DNA of 64,000 nt, from positions 15,346,916 through 15,410,915 of the forward strand of contig NC_068995.1 in assembly GCF_001194135.2 (NCBI RefSeq), given 5' to 3'. Shown piece after piece: positions 48,935 to 63,054 of this stretch. The stretch comes from Octopus bimaculoides. Its lineage: Eukaryota. Below the pieces are notes generated by a model that worked only from the letters and a program-made list of their open reading frames with translations, made no database searches and was not told the origin of the DNA. The first letter of the stretch is position 1. Each line of letters opens with the position of its first letter. The translations under genes and the position numbers were made by a program.

Positions 48935-50267
48935 GCTTTTTATTCTATATCTGAAATAATACATGCCCTAGGTCCATATTTCTAGACTTATCTCGGCATG
49001 GAGCAATCCGGGTGGATTTTTGTCGCTGTTTTATGATATGTTAGCCCTATCGTGCAGGTGTATAATTAAAGGCTTTGCAGCCGTGGCCGTCCGGTTCCGT
49101 TCCCGTCTCCATTTTTCATTTACACGTTTCTAGAACCACATTATGCAATATGTCCGCTCTTTTAAGATGATGGAGTGACATAACAGCGAATTTTGACCGG
49201 TGCCTGTACAAGTTTGGCCGATGGACCCCATCAAAACCTCTGAGTTTAATAAGGACTGTGATTAACGATTTGCTCTTTATAGATCTCAAATATTTTTGAT
49301 GATTGACATTAAGCTTGTTCCAGGAATCTACAAATAAATATCTTGGCTATAGTGTCCGCTGTTTGTTTCTTGCTATGGTCTGCAATATATTTTACTCTGT
49401 ATTTTCTATTAATATAAGCTTTCACGACCAATATATTTCTTTCAGTAGATAAGTTGTTTTATATAAAAAAAAAGGCTTTTCTTTCTATATTATCAACTAC
49501 ATTTTTGCCGCTGGATGGAAGTACTATAGATGTGTTATGAATTAATGTTTTTCCATCTAGATTTGCTTTGTACTGTGTAATATATAATATATTGATTCTA
49601 GTTTATGATTTCATCTAATGCATGTTGTTTTTCTATTTGATGCATTGTTTTGATAGCGCGTTCATCTCTTCTATAGCCAGGGTGCATTTGATGCTTGTAA
49701 TATATTTTATGTATGGCATTTCTTTTTTATCACACGGTATTCTGTTTATGAATTCATAGTTTTTGTTTATTATTGTACTGTTTAGTCTACTAAATTATTT
49801 GTATACCCCTTATTGACTATCAATTTGATTTATTGTGTTAATTTGTTTTTGTGATATTATTTTCCATTTTTTTTTTATGAAAGTGGATCTGAAGCTGTTA
49901 CAGGGAGGGATTTTATAAGTGATGTGTTATATCTATATGGACATTTACAATCTCCATTCATGTATCGGTATTCATCAGTATTTTTATCGTATACTAGTAT
50001 AATATATTCTGTCCCTTATCCCTACATTAGCATCTAAAAAATGGAGATGCTGAGCCGTTTGAAATTTTATCTAAGCTATCTTTATATATTGAAGTGGAAA
50101 ATACATTTATTTTCGTAAATGTAAATGGATTTACGGACATTATTGCTCAAAAAAGGGAAAAATGATAAATAATAAATTGACAAGCTGAAGCGTAGTCTTA
50201 TTTTCAATAACATATGTTTAAAGTATATGTTATTAAGCATACGCATATGTATGTATGTGTGAGTATG

Positions 50268-50301
<34 letters not shown>

Positions 50302-50736
50302 ATCATAAATTTTCTGTCGATATATTTTCTTATATGAAAGACCTCGATAGTTGCGTAAAAGCATATAATAATATAATCTAATATACAAGCAAAATATGAT
50401 GCAATATATATATATATATATANNNNNNNNNNNNNNNNNNNNNNNNNNNNNNNNNNNNNNNNNNNNNNNNNNNNNNNNNNNNNNNNNNNNNNNNNNNNNN
50501 NNNNNNNNNNNNNNNNNNNNNNNNNNNNNNNNNNNNNNNNNNNNNNNNNNNNNNNNNNNNNNNNNNNNNNNNNNNNNNNNNNNNNNNNNNNNNNNNNNNN
50601 NNNNNNNNNNNNNNNNNNNNNNNNNNNNNNNNNNNNNNNNNNNNNNNNNNNNNNNNNNNNNNNNNNNNNNNNNNNNNNNNNNNNNNNNNNNNNNNNNNNN
50701 NNNNNNNNNNNNNNNNNNNNNNNNNNNNNNNNNNNN

Positions 50737-50767
<31 letters not shown>

Positions 50768-50781
50768 CATACATACATACA

Positions 50782-50816
<35 letters not shown>

Positions 50817-51280
50817 ACACACACACACACACACACACACAGAAACACACACACATATATAATTACATGCATATATATACATACATATACATATATATGC
50901 ATGTATGCATACATACATATGCATGTATGTATATATATTGATGCTGTCATAAGAATTTTATAAACGTTCGAGAGAACATAGAACCATTCTTTTTTTGGAA
51001 CAGTGGATATCGAAGCACAGAACGCTTCAAGATCCACTGCCTTCCCAGCGAAGAAGTACATAACGTTCTCTTGAAAATTTCAAAAAGTTTTTTTGACGTC
51101 AACAGCAAAATCCTCGCTGGTAAGAATAAATTTTCTGGGTTTAATAAGGTCTGGCGGTGTGGTAAGAAGTTTGATTCCTAATCACAGGGTTCCGGGATCA
51201 GTCTTACTGCGCGACACCTTGGGTAAGTGTCTTCTACTATAGTCTCGGGCTGACCGAAACCTTGTGAGTGGATTTGGTAG

Positions 51281-51332
<52 letters not shown>

Positions 51333-51622
51333 GTCTGTCTGTCTGTCTGCCTGTCTATCTGTCTGTCTTTCTGCGCGCGCGCGCGCGCGTGTGAGTGTGT
51401 GTGCATGAGTGTGAATGTGTTAACTTTTACTTGGAATAATAGATAAGGTTTTGTTCGTCAAACGCAAGAAAAGAGAAACAGGCAATAATGAAACAAAACT
51501 GCGCTTCTCTTCCTGGATAGGACACCAGTCCCTCACAGGTTCGGTTCTCTATCCCTGCTATTGCTGGTGCCCGTTTTCAGTTGGTCGGACAGAAGTGCCT
51601 TGCTTAAAAAAGAAACACACAA

Positions 51623-51738
<116 letters not shown>

Positions 51739-52541
51739 CCATATGCACACACAAACATATACACAAACAAACACACAACTACACCCTACCCACACACACG
51801 AACATACGTACGCACACACCTATGCATAGTTGTCGTGTTTATCCTGACAATAACTGGCTCGGAATAACTTAGAAGGAAGTTTCGTTCACTGAGCTGCTGG
51901 AATGCTACCCATTGTGGTATGCGTGTTCAGTAAATGCTTGCTAAGAAATGCTTAGGTTCTATTTCATAGAGTTTGTTTCCATATATGTAACTATATCATT
52001 TAAATTGAGGATGAGTTTTTTCACACACATATACCTACAACACATACACGCACGTATACACACACACACACACGAACGCACACATGTAAATGCGCCCTCC
52101 CACACACATATAGTTACAAGGTTGCTTGCAAGAACATCTATCCTCGTTCTTCAAAATAACCGTGTTAAATGAATCGATGATACAAAAAGTTAGATGTATT
52201 TCTGTTTATAATGTTATATTACGGAGATATTGAAGCGAATTTAATACCTAGTACAGACTAAATTCCGCGTTTATATTATCATGGACTACTTCTCGCGTGA
52301 CAACCCAGAGTTTCATGCCTGGTGGCAATCTGCAGGCGAGAATGGTAGAAATGAGAGGTCGGACTGCTGCCATGTTGGATGACCCTTCAAAGGTTTTAGT
52401 CAATTAGATGGGACCATAGTGAGTGTTCATTTCAGTCTGATACATATCTTATCGATTTATAGTTTATCGAATTACTAGGTTACGATTTTTGACATAACGC
52501 CTGTTTTACACCGTTTTGCAAAATCACAGGTACTGACACGG

Positions 52542-52583
<42 letters not shown>

Positions 52584-53142
52584 GCGCACACACACACATG
52601 CTGGCTTCTACAGAGTTCCTATCTGCTAAAGGTTATTCACAGCACAGATCCAAAGGCTACAGTAGAAGATTTTCTTAAGGGGCCGTGCAGTGAGATGGAA
52701 ACTGCACTCACGTGATTTTGAAGCGAAACTCCATACCCAAACGGCTATGCATGCATATGAAACATTGATATGAAGGTGTCTATACGAAGAAAAAGCACGC
52801 GGATAAATGCAGCTCTTGNNNNNNNNNNNNNNNNNNNNNNNNNNNNNNNNNNNNNNNNNNNNNNNNNNNNNNNNNNNNNNNNNNNNNNNNNNNNNNNNNN
52901 NNNNNNNNNNNNNNNNNNNNNNNNNNNNNNNNNNNNNNNNNNNNNNNNNNNNNNNNNNNNNNNNNNNNNNNNNNNNNNNNNNNNNNNNNNNNNNNNNNNN
53001 NNNNNNNNNNNNNNNNNNNNNNNNNNNNNNNNNNNNNNNNNNNNNNNNNNNNNNNNNNNNNNNNNNNNNNNNNNNNNNNNNNNNNNNNNNNNNNNNNNNN
53101 NNNNNNNNNNNNNNNNNNNNNNNNNNNNNNNNNNNNNNNNNN

Positions 53143-53209
<67 letters not shown>

Positions 53210-53633
53210 TATATACATATATATATACATACATATGCGTATATACATACATATATATATGCATATATATGTGTACATATATATACATACACATGTATAT
53301 ACATGTATGCATAAATGCATATGTATATATATATACTGATATCGAAAAGGTGAAAACAAGCAATGTTAATTCTCTAAATGAAGTATTAACAGTAGTACAT
53401 ATATATGGATATATAAGTCTATATAAACATACATATATGTATATTCATATACACATACATACATACATACATCCATCCATCCATACGTCCATACATACAT
53501 ACGTACATATATGTGCATATGCATATATATATCTGTTAAACACACGTGTGTGCTACTATGTATGTTTGCATATATATATATNNNNNNNNNNNNNNNNNNN
53601 NNNNNNNNNNNNNNNNNNNNNNNNNNNNNNNNN

Positions 53634-53677
<44 letters not shown>

Positions 53678-55165
53678 TTAAGTATATACAACAGTGGCGT
53701 TTCCTGCATGAATGCAATTCATGCAATATAGGTCTAAGTCATAAACGTCAATGAAAGACCGAATGAAATATAGCATTGTGCTTGGTTTATTCAAGTCCAA
53801 CTTTATAAAACTTTATGTTGCCCTATTTTCGTTGATATTTTTTGTGAAGATAGAAATGACACGTTTATAAGTACAGTGACTTCTGCGTTATGTCAGAATA
53901 ACATGACAGCTTTCAGAGCCAGATGGTTTAAAAGATAGTTAAATAGGTAGGCAAATTGATAGATGGTAAGATAGATAGATAAATTTGTTGTTAAAAAAGA
54001 TAGATAGTTAGATAGGTAAGGAAACAGATAAAATAGCTCTGTAGTTAGGCAAACAAGTGGATAGGTAGATACTTGAAGAGATAGCTATGTAGGTACATAG
54101 GGAAAAAGATAGATTCAAAAGTAGTTAAAATAAATATCTCGGGAAATAGATAGATAAATTGATAGATAGGTAAATAGGTACACAGATACATAGGTAGGTT
54201 CGTGGATATATATATAGATACATGGTTTAGTGGATAGGTGGAAGGATTGATATACAGGTAACTAAATGGATAAATGTGCAGGTGGATAGATGAATAGATA
54301 AATAGTTCTGTAAACAAGTAGACAGATAGAGAGGTAGGATCTTGTATAGATGCATAGAGAGATAGGTAAGTGGGCAGATGGAGAGATTGTTTCAAAGGTT
54401 GTTAAATAGATAGATATGTAAATAGATTAAAATGCCTGTAAATAGATCGATAGCTTAATTTATAGATAACTTGCTACATAGGCAGAAAAATAGTCCCTTA
54501 GGGTGTTAAACAGATGGCTAGGAGGTAGGCAGGTAGGTAGGTAGGTAGGCTGATTTGTATGAATATAAATATTTATATACAGATGATAATTAGAGATTAG
54601 GTAGATGGGTAGATTGGTATATAGATAATTAGATAGACAGATGTATAGATAGGTAGATAAGCAACTATACTGGTAGAAAGATAGATAAGTGGAAAAAGTC
54701 TTTAAATAAACGAGGAGATATGCATCAAATTATATTGATCCTCAATTCAAACATTTAAATTACATATACTTTGCGGAAATCATACACTATATGNNNNNNN
54801 NNNNNNNNNNNNNNNNNNNNNNNNNNNNNNNNNNNNNNNNNNNNNNNNNNNNNNNNNNNNNNNNNNNNNNNNNNNNNNNNNNNNNNNNNNNNNNNNNNNN
54901 NNNNNNNNNNNNNNNNNNNNNNNNNNNNNNNNNNNNNNNNNNNNNNNNNNNNNNNNNNNNNNNNNNNNNNNNNNNNNNNNNNNNNNNNNNNNNNNNNNNN
55001 NNNNNNNNNNNNNNNNNNNNNNNNNNNNNNNNNNNNNNNNNNNNNNTATATATATATATATATACATACACGTATGTACGACCAAATTTTAATATTCATG
55101 TTCATGTTTATGAGAGATTACTTAAAAGAGAATAACTTTATATTACGTTATATATATGTATATAT

Positions 55166-55229
<64 letters not shown>

Positions 55230-55410
55230 GTGTGTGTGTGTTGTGTATGCATACATAGCTATTTATTTTATATTGGTCGTGACAGCGTATTTAATGCCAG
55301 AACATGCAATATCAAATATAAAAGTCATAATTGAATTAAGGCATATAATATACATGTGTATGTGTGTGTGTGTGTGTGTGTGTGCGTACGCGCGTGCGCG
55401 TGTGCGTGTA

Positions 55411-55449
<39 letters not shown>

Positions 55450-55722
55450 AATGCATACACTCACTACACATACACACACACAATACACACACATGTATGT
55501 ACGTATGTATGTATGTATGTATGGATACCATTCAAATATCTTATTTTCAATAGTCTCTCATAAACATGAACGTGTATATTAAAATTTGCTGTTATTTGCA
55601 TTCATTCTTTTTCTATATCTAAGGCATGCGTCACTTTCTTCACATTCACGCTTGAAACGCCGCTGCTTTTCTATAGATATAAATTACTTATATTTGAGAT
55701 AGACAGAGAGACAAACAGACAG

Positions 55723-55756
<34 letters not shown>

Positions 55757-56004
55757 ATATGCATGTACACACACACGCACGCGCGCAAAGATCGGTAGAT
55801 GAGGGCTGCAACACTATGTCATTTAGAACTGGTTCTTAATGATAGAGTAAAACAGCAAGTGTGGACAAGTCCTCTCGTCTGCTGGTCATATGGAAAATAC
55901 ATACACATGCTCCATGCACACACGCATATATATACACAGACACGTGTGCCTGCACACACGCATGCACTTGTTTATGTATATTTATAAACATATATGTATA
56001 TAGT

Positions 56005-56054
<50 letters not shown>

Positions 56055-56270
56055 NNNNNNNNNNGTACTCTTTCACCACAACTTTCTCTCACTCTTACTT
56101 CCTGTTTCTGTTGTACCTGTAATTCAAAGGGTCAGCCACTTGCACGTTAATTTCACGGATCATCTGGAACCCTCGACGTCGTAAGCGACAGAGTGCCAAC
56201 AATATATATGTATATATATATGTATAACAAATAAAAGACAGAAAATGGAATATACGAGAATATATTGTTA

Positions 56271-56374
56271 ATCACAACAATTGTTTCGACACATCTAGCG
56301 TCGATTCCTCTTGAGGGACACTCAACAACTGGTTCAGGAGTATCCGGTGGTGCCGACGTATCTCGTCGGGTGAT
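56271..56374 (-). ncRNA. Penelope-type type I hammerhead-like motif with long loop 2
   Basis: Minus strand: atcac C(C)GACGA gatacgtc [59 nt] gatgtgtc GAA ACAAUUGU U gtgat. Stems I, II and palindromic III all pair; U4 is C and H17 is U. Confidence 0.65.
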
Positions 56375-56673
56375 AAATAAATTTAAAAAAACTCTTTAAA
56401 ATGATAGAGTAAAACAGCCAGTGTGGACAAGTCCTCTCGTCTGTTGGTCACATGGACAATACATACACATGCACACGCGCATATATATTCACACACACAC
56501 ACACACGTATTTTAGGGTAAACATGTATTTAGGTTTAAAACTACATTAAGGGTGTATAATTATAATTATAGATTCATGCACAAACTACTTTTAAATGCAT
56601 TTGTTATTTGGAGGAGTATTGAGACAAATCAGTTGACGACATCTACCGATTCACTGAATATTTGATACTTGAT

Positions 56674-56707
<34 letters not shown>

Positions 56708-56719
56708 CATTATTATTAT

Positions 56720-56888
56720 TTTATGTTTGTCTTTTGCTTTGCATTTCTACAAGTTGGATCCAAGTCTCACCCAGAGACCTCAAAAGACAACAAGTTAGAA
56801 GTTCATGTAGGTGTTATGCCTAGGGTACCATATATTTGGATTTGGATTTGGATTATTATTCTCATTATTATCATTATTATTATTATTA

Positions 56889-56929
<41 letters not shown>

Positions 56930-57024
56930 TAGTTTTATTTTTATAACGTGCTTTCACTTCACTACCGAGCGCAGCTCTGTGCGCCTTGGGTATGTGCTGT
57001 GGTTTGCTGTGGTGCTCTTATGTT
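56720..57024 (-). mobile_element. Two stacked R4/Dong-like 3' ends in (TAA)n
   Basis: 56720-56835 (gaggtctctgggtgagacttggatcc...taaaataataat) and 56925-57024 (homolog of 1020-1115), each ending in (AAT)n on the minus strand. Confidence 0.55.
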
Positions 57025-57944
57025 NNNNNNNNNNNNNNNNNNNNNNNNNNNNNNNNNNNNNNNNNNNNNNNNNNNNNNNNNNNNNNNNNNNNNNNNNNNN
57101 NNNNNNNNNNNNNNNNNNNNNNNNNNNNNNNNNNNNNNNNNNNNNNNNNNNNNNNNNNNNNNNNNNNNNNNNNNNNNNNNNNNNNNNNNNNNNNNNNNNN
57201 NNNNNNNNNNNNNNNNNNNNNNNNNNNNNNNNNNNNNNNNNNNNNNNNNNNNNNNNNNNNNNNNNNNNNNNNNNNNNNNNNNNNNNNNNNNNNNNNNNNN
57301 NNNNNNNNNNNNNNNNNNNNNNNNNNNNNNNNNNNNNNNNNNNNNNNNNNNNNNNNNNNNNNNNNNNNNNNNNNNNNNNNNNNNNNNNNNNNNNNNNNNN
57401 NNNNNNNNNNNNNNNNNNNNNNNNNNNNNNNNNNNNNNNNNNNNNNNNNNNNNNNNNNNNNNNNNNNNNNNNNNNNNNNNNNNNNNNNNNNNNNNNNNNN
57501 NNNNNNNNNNNNNNNNNNNNNNNNNNNNNNNNNNNNNNNNNNNNNNNNNNNNNNNNNNNNNNNNNNNNNNNNNNNNNNNNNNNNNNNNNNNNNNNNNNNN
57601 NNNNNNNNNNNNNNNNNNNNNNNNNNNNNNNNNNNNNNNNNNNNNNNNNNNNNNNNNNNNNNNNNNNNNNNNNNNNNNNNNNNNNNNNNNNNNNNNNNNN
57701 NNNNNNNNNNNNNNNNNNNNNNNNNNNNNNNNNNNNNNNNNNNNNNNNNNNNNNNNNNNNNNNNNNNNNNNNNNNNNNNNNNNNNNNNNNNNNNNNNNNN
57801 NNNNNNNNNNNNNNNNNNNNNNNNNNNNNNNNNNNNNNNNNNNNNNNNNNNNNNNNNNNNNNNNNNNNNNNNNNNNNNNNNNNNNNNNNNNNNNNNNNNN
57901 NNNNNNNNNNNNNTACCCATAACAATTACAATTAAAGCGAGGAA

Positions 57945-58150
57945 ATAATCGGAATCGTTACCGCGCCGGTCAAAATGCATAGCGACATTTCTTACGGCTC
58001 TTTACGGTCTGTGTTCGAATTCCGCCGAGGTCGACTTTACCTTTCATCCTTTCGGGGTCGATAAATTAAGTACCAGTTGAGTACTGGCGTCGATGTTATC
58101 GACTACCCTTTCTCTTAAAATTTTCAAGTCTTGTGCTTAATGTAGAATAT
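57945..58150 (+). mobile_element. Family-M SINE
   Basis: ggaatcgttaccgcgccgg...gttcgaattccgccgaggtcgactttacctttcatcctttcggggtcgataaattaagtaccag. Confidence 0.8.
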
Positions 58151-58539
58151 TATTATCATAACAGCGAGATAATGAAATCACTGAGATGGCTTTACTTTCC
58201 TTAGTTCCTTGTTCGATCCAAAGCAGTTGTAAATCACTGAGTTGATGTTATCGATTATTTCTCCCGCCCAAAAATGCGTACTCTTGTGCTTATGTAGGAA
58301 AGAATACATTTATTTTCGACACTAAAAGTTTCAAGATTCACATTACACCTCGTTTCTCCTTAGGTAAGCGTCCTATGACATTAATACCTGCAACCCGAAA
58401 CCCTCGTCTTGGGCACAATCAAAATGACATGATTTTTAAAAAAAAGTACTATCAAGTTGCAAAAGATTCGGTCTTCACTTTGAAGGGCTTTCATTTATTC
58501 CTCATTTTCTCCTTAATTGCATTTAGGTTTAATCTAACC

Positions 58540-59540
58540 CAAACAAATCTACATAGAGTTAAAACTGCATTTGGAGTATAAAAGATATATGCTGGATTGA
58601 GGGTCAAAAACTGGTATTTGGACTAAAGAGTGTATATAGGGCAATGGGCTTAGAGAAGAACCACATATAAACTAAGGCAGCGTTAAGGATTTAAAGAATA
58701 TCTATATGTATGATAAAAAAAATCTGCACGAAAACTACGTTTATGGTAAAGTGCATTTATGCTTGAAAACTATTTGGGATAAAAAATGCAGTTTAGTTAA
58801 ACAAGTACGTTTAGAGTAAACAAATATACTTAGGTAGACAACATGCATTTAGGGCAAACAACTTTGAGATTAGGGTTTGCATTTATTCAAAAACTACTTT
58901 TAGGTCAGGCGATTGATTTCATGGTGAAAACTGCACTCTAGTGTTAACATGTATTGAGGGTAAACTATTGCATTTCGACCAAAATCTGCAGTTTGAGTGA
59001 GTAACATGGATATCGGCTAAAAACTACGTTTAGGGTAAACATGTATTTAGGTTTAAGACTACATTGAGGGTAAAGCAATTAAATTTAGGGTAAACAATTG
59101 CATTTAAGGGAAGAATATTGCACGTAAGATAAAACAAAACAAAACAAAAAACACTGCCTTTAAAGTAAAACTTTAGAATAATAAAAAAATTAATTCCTAC
59201 TTAAATTGTGTTTACGGTAAAATCTGATTTTTGGGTAAAACTACATTCGAGATAAACAATTGTATTTTGGGTGAGATAGATGCATTTAGGGTTGGTAACT
59301 GCAATTTAAGACAAAAGGAAGGGCTTTTAGGGTAAGTAACATGCGTTTAGGTTAAACAATTGCATTTAGGGTTAACTAAAGTATGTAGGATAATCAACGT
59401 TTAGGGTAAAATTAAAAAGCAAACAAACAAAATCCACATTTAAGGTTTAAAAATATCTTTGAAGTAAAAACAAAAAAAAAACTAAAGGTTTTAGGTTACA
59501 GATTAAAGGTAAAAAAAAGCTGTACTCAGGATAAAACCAC
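58540..59540 (+). repeat. Degenerate ~20-bp minisatellite containing TTAGGG (approximate unit ttagggtaaaactgcatt)
   Basis: Recurrent tttagggtaaa/ttaggtt/actgcattt/actacgttt motifs; related patch at 56508-56600. Confidence 0.6.
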
Positions 59541-60065
59541 CCCTAAATTTTGCTGCTGGAAGCTGCTAAAATTAATTCGTTAGATTTGGCAAATATTAAG
59601 CTATCAACGCTATTTGTTATATGGTGAGAATAAAAACAAAAAAAACAAAAACAAAGCAACGCATTATGATATCGCTTTTAACACAGGATCCAATATTAAC
59701 CGGGGCATGGAGTTGTTGATGGGGCTATTGTTGTTGTTGATGGTATTGTTGTTGTCATTGATGTTTAACTCCGGGTCAAAGATGAATCGACATGCGGCCT
59801 ATAATCATGAATTTTGTTTTGCTCTGTTTTTTGTATCATAGACTTTGCGTACTCCGGACTAAGACAGTACCTGTAGATTTATGGGACGTTTGGTTTCTAT
59901 TTTTAGCACCTCGAGCAATGAACGAAATTAGCTAGAGTCACGCTCGTTGTTGGTTCAGATTTGGGACGTGTATATATATTACTAATAGCTCAATGTAAGC
60001 TATCGGTCGCTTTAACATACATTAAAGAGATTATTACAATAAAGAGTAATGAGGACAAAGAAGGT

Positions 60066-60106
<41 letters not shown>

Positions 60107-60800
60107 AAGAGAGAAAGAAAAAGAGAAAGAGAAACCGAGAGAGGGAAAAAGAAAGAAAGAAAGACAGAAAGAAGAGAGAGAATGAAAAGAATGCAGTCGA
60201 GCTTTTATACAAATTGTATAAAAGTTCAGTGTGCAACACATACATACGTTCATATATTTCTGTACACACANNNNNNNNNNNNNNNNNNNNNNNNNNNNNN
60301 NNNNNNNNNNNNNNNNNNNNNNNNNNNNNNNNNNNNNNNNNNNNNNNNNNNNNNNNNNNNNNNNNNNNNNNNNNNNNNNNNNNNNNNNNNNNNNNNNNNN
60401 NNNNNNNNNNNNNNNNNNNNNNNNNNNNNNNNNNNNNNNNNNNNNNNNNNNNNNNNNNNNNNNNNNNNNNNNNNNNNNNNNNNNNNNNNNNNNNNNNNNN
60501 NNNNNNNNNNNNNNNNNNNNNNNNNNNNNNNNNNNNNNNNNNNNNNNNNNNNNNNNNNNNNNNNNNNNNNNNNNNNNNNNNNNNNNNNNNNNNNNNNNNN
60601 NNNNNNNNNNNNNNNNNNNNNNNNNNNNNNNNNNNNNNNNNNNNNNNNNNNNNNNNNNNNNNNNNNNNNNNNNNNNNATATATATATATATATATATATA
60701 TATACTTACATGCATGCATGCCGATAGATATACAGACAGATAGTTATATAAAGAGTTCTAGACAATTATATATTTATATATATATGAATGAAAAACTTAC

Positions 60801-60849
60801 CTGCAGATTAATAATTGTTATGGACTTTTACGCGATTGACGAGGGTACA
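60801..60849 (-). other. Candidate 49-nt non-coding (5'UTR-type) exon
   Basis: Minus-strand acceptor tacttctgcttAG and perfect donor CAG|GTAAGT; all three frames closed, no ATG. Confidence 0.3.
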
Positions 60850-61369
60850 CTAAGCAGAAGTATTTTATGTACACATGTGAATATATGAATATATATTTAT
60901 ATGTATAGATACAAATATATATTTATATATGTATATATAGGTATATACGTACGTGTGTGTGAATATGTATTAAGTATGAATAGATATATATATATGGGTG
61001 TATGTATATTTTATAGGTTGTCCTATTTTACTTTTGCTTGGTACTGTTGTTGCTGTTTAAAGCGGTTAAGAGACGATCACTAGTTCTGCTGAAACACCGA
61101 TTGCTGTCGATCGAACAAATGAAGGCAACTATGAAACATTTATGTTACACACTCACACACGTACACACACGTACATACATGCATAAATACACACTTTCGC
61201 TCCTCTGTTTTTCACTGAAATCTCTCTCTCTCCCTCTGTTTCTTCGATCTGTGTCTCTGTTTTTCTGTGTCTCTCTGTCACTTTCTCTTTATTTTGCTCA
61301 CATAACATACATATATAGATATAGACAGGCACATACGCATATACATGTACGATTAGCTGGCTAAAGCAG

Positions 61370-61530
61370 TATTGTGGTGGCCGTTGTCTTGCTTCTCAAG
61401 CGAACGAACGTTCGCCGCTAGATGGACGAGACGGATTTAAATGAAGGACGGCGAAAGCCGACGGGGCGGTAATGCGGGAGAGAAGGAGAGACAGTAAGGG
61501 AGGGCGTTGTACAGTCAACGTTTATATACA
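61370..61530 (-). promoter_or_regulatory. Small CpG-rich patch; candidate minus-strand TATA promoter with GC box and CTCF-like site
   Basis: About 18 CpG in 160 bp of non-repeat DNA; minus-strand TATATAAA (61521-61528); ggggcgg at ~61463; ccgctagatgg at 61415-61425. Confidence 0.3.
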
Positions 61531-61923
61531 AATATCATTGGGGGATTAAAACTAATAGTAACAACAATAACTATAATAAATAATAATAAACGAGGATACA
61601 AATAACAACCTCGTCAACCGTGAGGCCTACAAACGTTGACACATAACCATAGCAGCAGATGGTACGGGAAAACAACAGATAGATAGATAGACAGATAGAA
61701 AGAGAGGGAGAGAGAGAGAGAGAGAGAGAAAGGAGAGAGGGAGTGAGCTAGGAAGAGAGGAAATGATAGATCAATAAAACATCTATTGAATTGTTTTTGA
61801 CATAATTACAGTTGCAACTGCTGTAGGGAACTACCAATACACGCACGCACGCACACACACACACACACACACACACATACGCATGCACACACGTACGTAC
61901 GCACGTACGCACACACACACATG

Positions 61924-61964
<41 letters not shown>

Positions 61965-62007
61965 GCATGCACACACGTACGTACGCACGTACGCACACAC
62001 ACACATG

Positions 62008-62049
<42 letters not shown>

Positions 62050-62285
62050 TCTATATCTGCCTTCTGCTTTTGTATGTATATACATACATGCATACATATA
62101 TACGCATAAGTGTGCGTATGTATAACTTACGTATGCACGTGTGTTTACCTCTGTGTGTGTGTCTGTGTGTGTATGCCATCGTGTGTGTATGCCATCGTGT
62201 GTGTATGCCATCGTGTGTGTATGCCATCGTGTGTGTATGTATACACACACACACACACACGCACACACACATATCCATGTTTATT

Positions 62286-62720
62286 ACGGCATGGCTGTGT
62301 TGTTATGAATCTCGCCTGGAAAACACGTGGTTCCTGGTTCAGTCCCACTGCGAGGCACCTTGGGCAAGTGTCTTCTATATAGCACCGAGCTGACCATTNN
62401 NNNNNNNNNNNNNNNNNNNNNNNNNNNNNNNNNNNNNNNNNNNNNNNNNNNNNNNNNNNNNNNNNNNNNNNNNNNNNNNNNNNNNNNNNNNNNNNNNNNN
62501 NNNNNNNNNNNNNNNNNNNNNNNNNNNNNNNNNNNNNNNNNNNNNNNNNNNNNNNNNNNNNNNNNNNNNNNNNNNNNTATATATAGCACGCGTAGCCAAA
62601 GGGTAAAAGTTTGTTTCCCAACCACATTGTTCTGGTTTCAGTCCCACTGGACAACTGTTGTCCACTTTGGCCCCGAGCCAACCAAATTCTTGTGAGTGGA
62701 TTTGATCGACGGAAACTGAA
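62286..62720 (+). mobile_element. Two family-O SINE 5' parts separated by a gap
   Basis: ggcatggctgtgttg...ggttcagtcccactgcgaggcaccttgggcaagtgtcttcta; second copy 62590-62725. Confidence 0.7.
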
Positions 62721-62737
62721 AGAAACCTCTCATACAC

Positions 62738-62780
<43 letters not shown>

Positions 62781-63054
62781 CATGCATGTATGCATTTGTG
62801 CGTTTGTGCATGTATGTGCAGTTTGTTGTAAATGTGAAAAATCGTTACATGTACATGTAAAAATCACTGGATCTTTGTCGATTATGTGGATGATAAGATG
62901 ACATTTCTAATTTTTCAATCAACGGAAACTACCTTTTTTATTGAAAGATAGAAAAAGTATAGCTTTAACGTAGTTCTGACGCTGTCTCAGCACGACTCAA
63001 ACGAGTGACAAAGCTAGGCCTATTTCTGTCTCCACTATTTGACTTTCAAAGTTA

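Noticed and set aside
49300-50050. Possible decayed LINE RT on the minus strand
   Set aside because: Only vague similarity; no diagnostic motif recoverable by eye.
54000-54720. 116-aa minus-strand ORF in strand-biased DNA
   Set aside because: Degenerate (GATA/GGTA)n repeat.
62165-62236. 16-bp unit gtatgccatcgtgtgt x4, CRISPR-like
   Set aside because: Contiguous tandem minisatellite without spacers, in a eukaryote.
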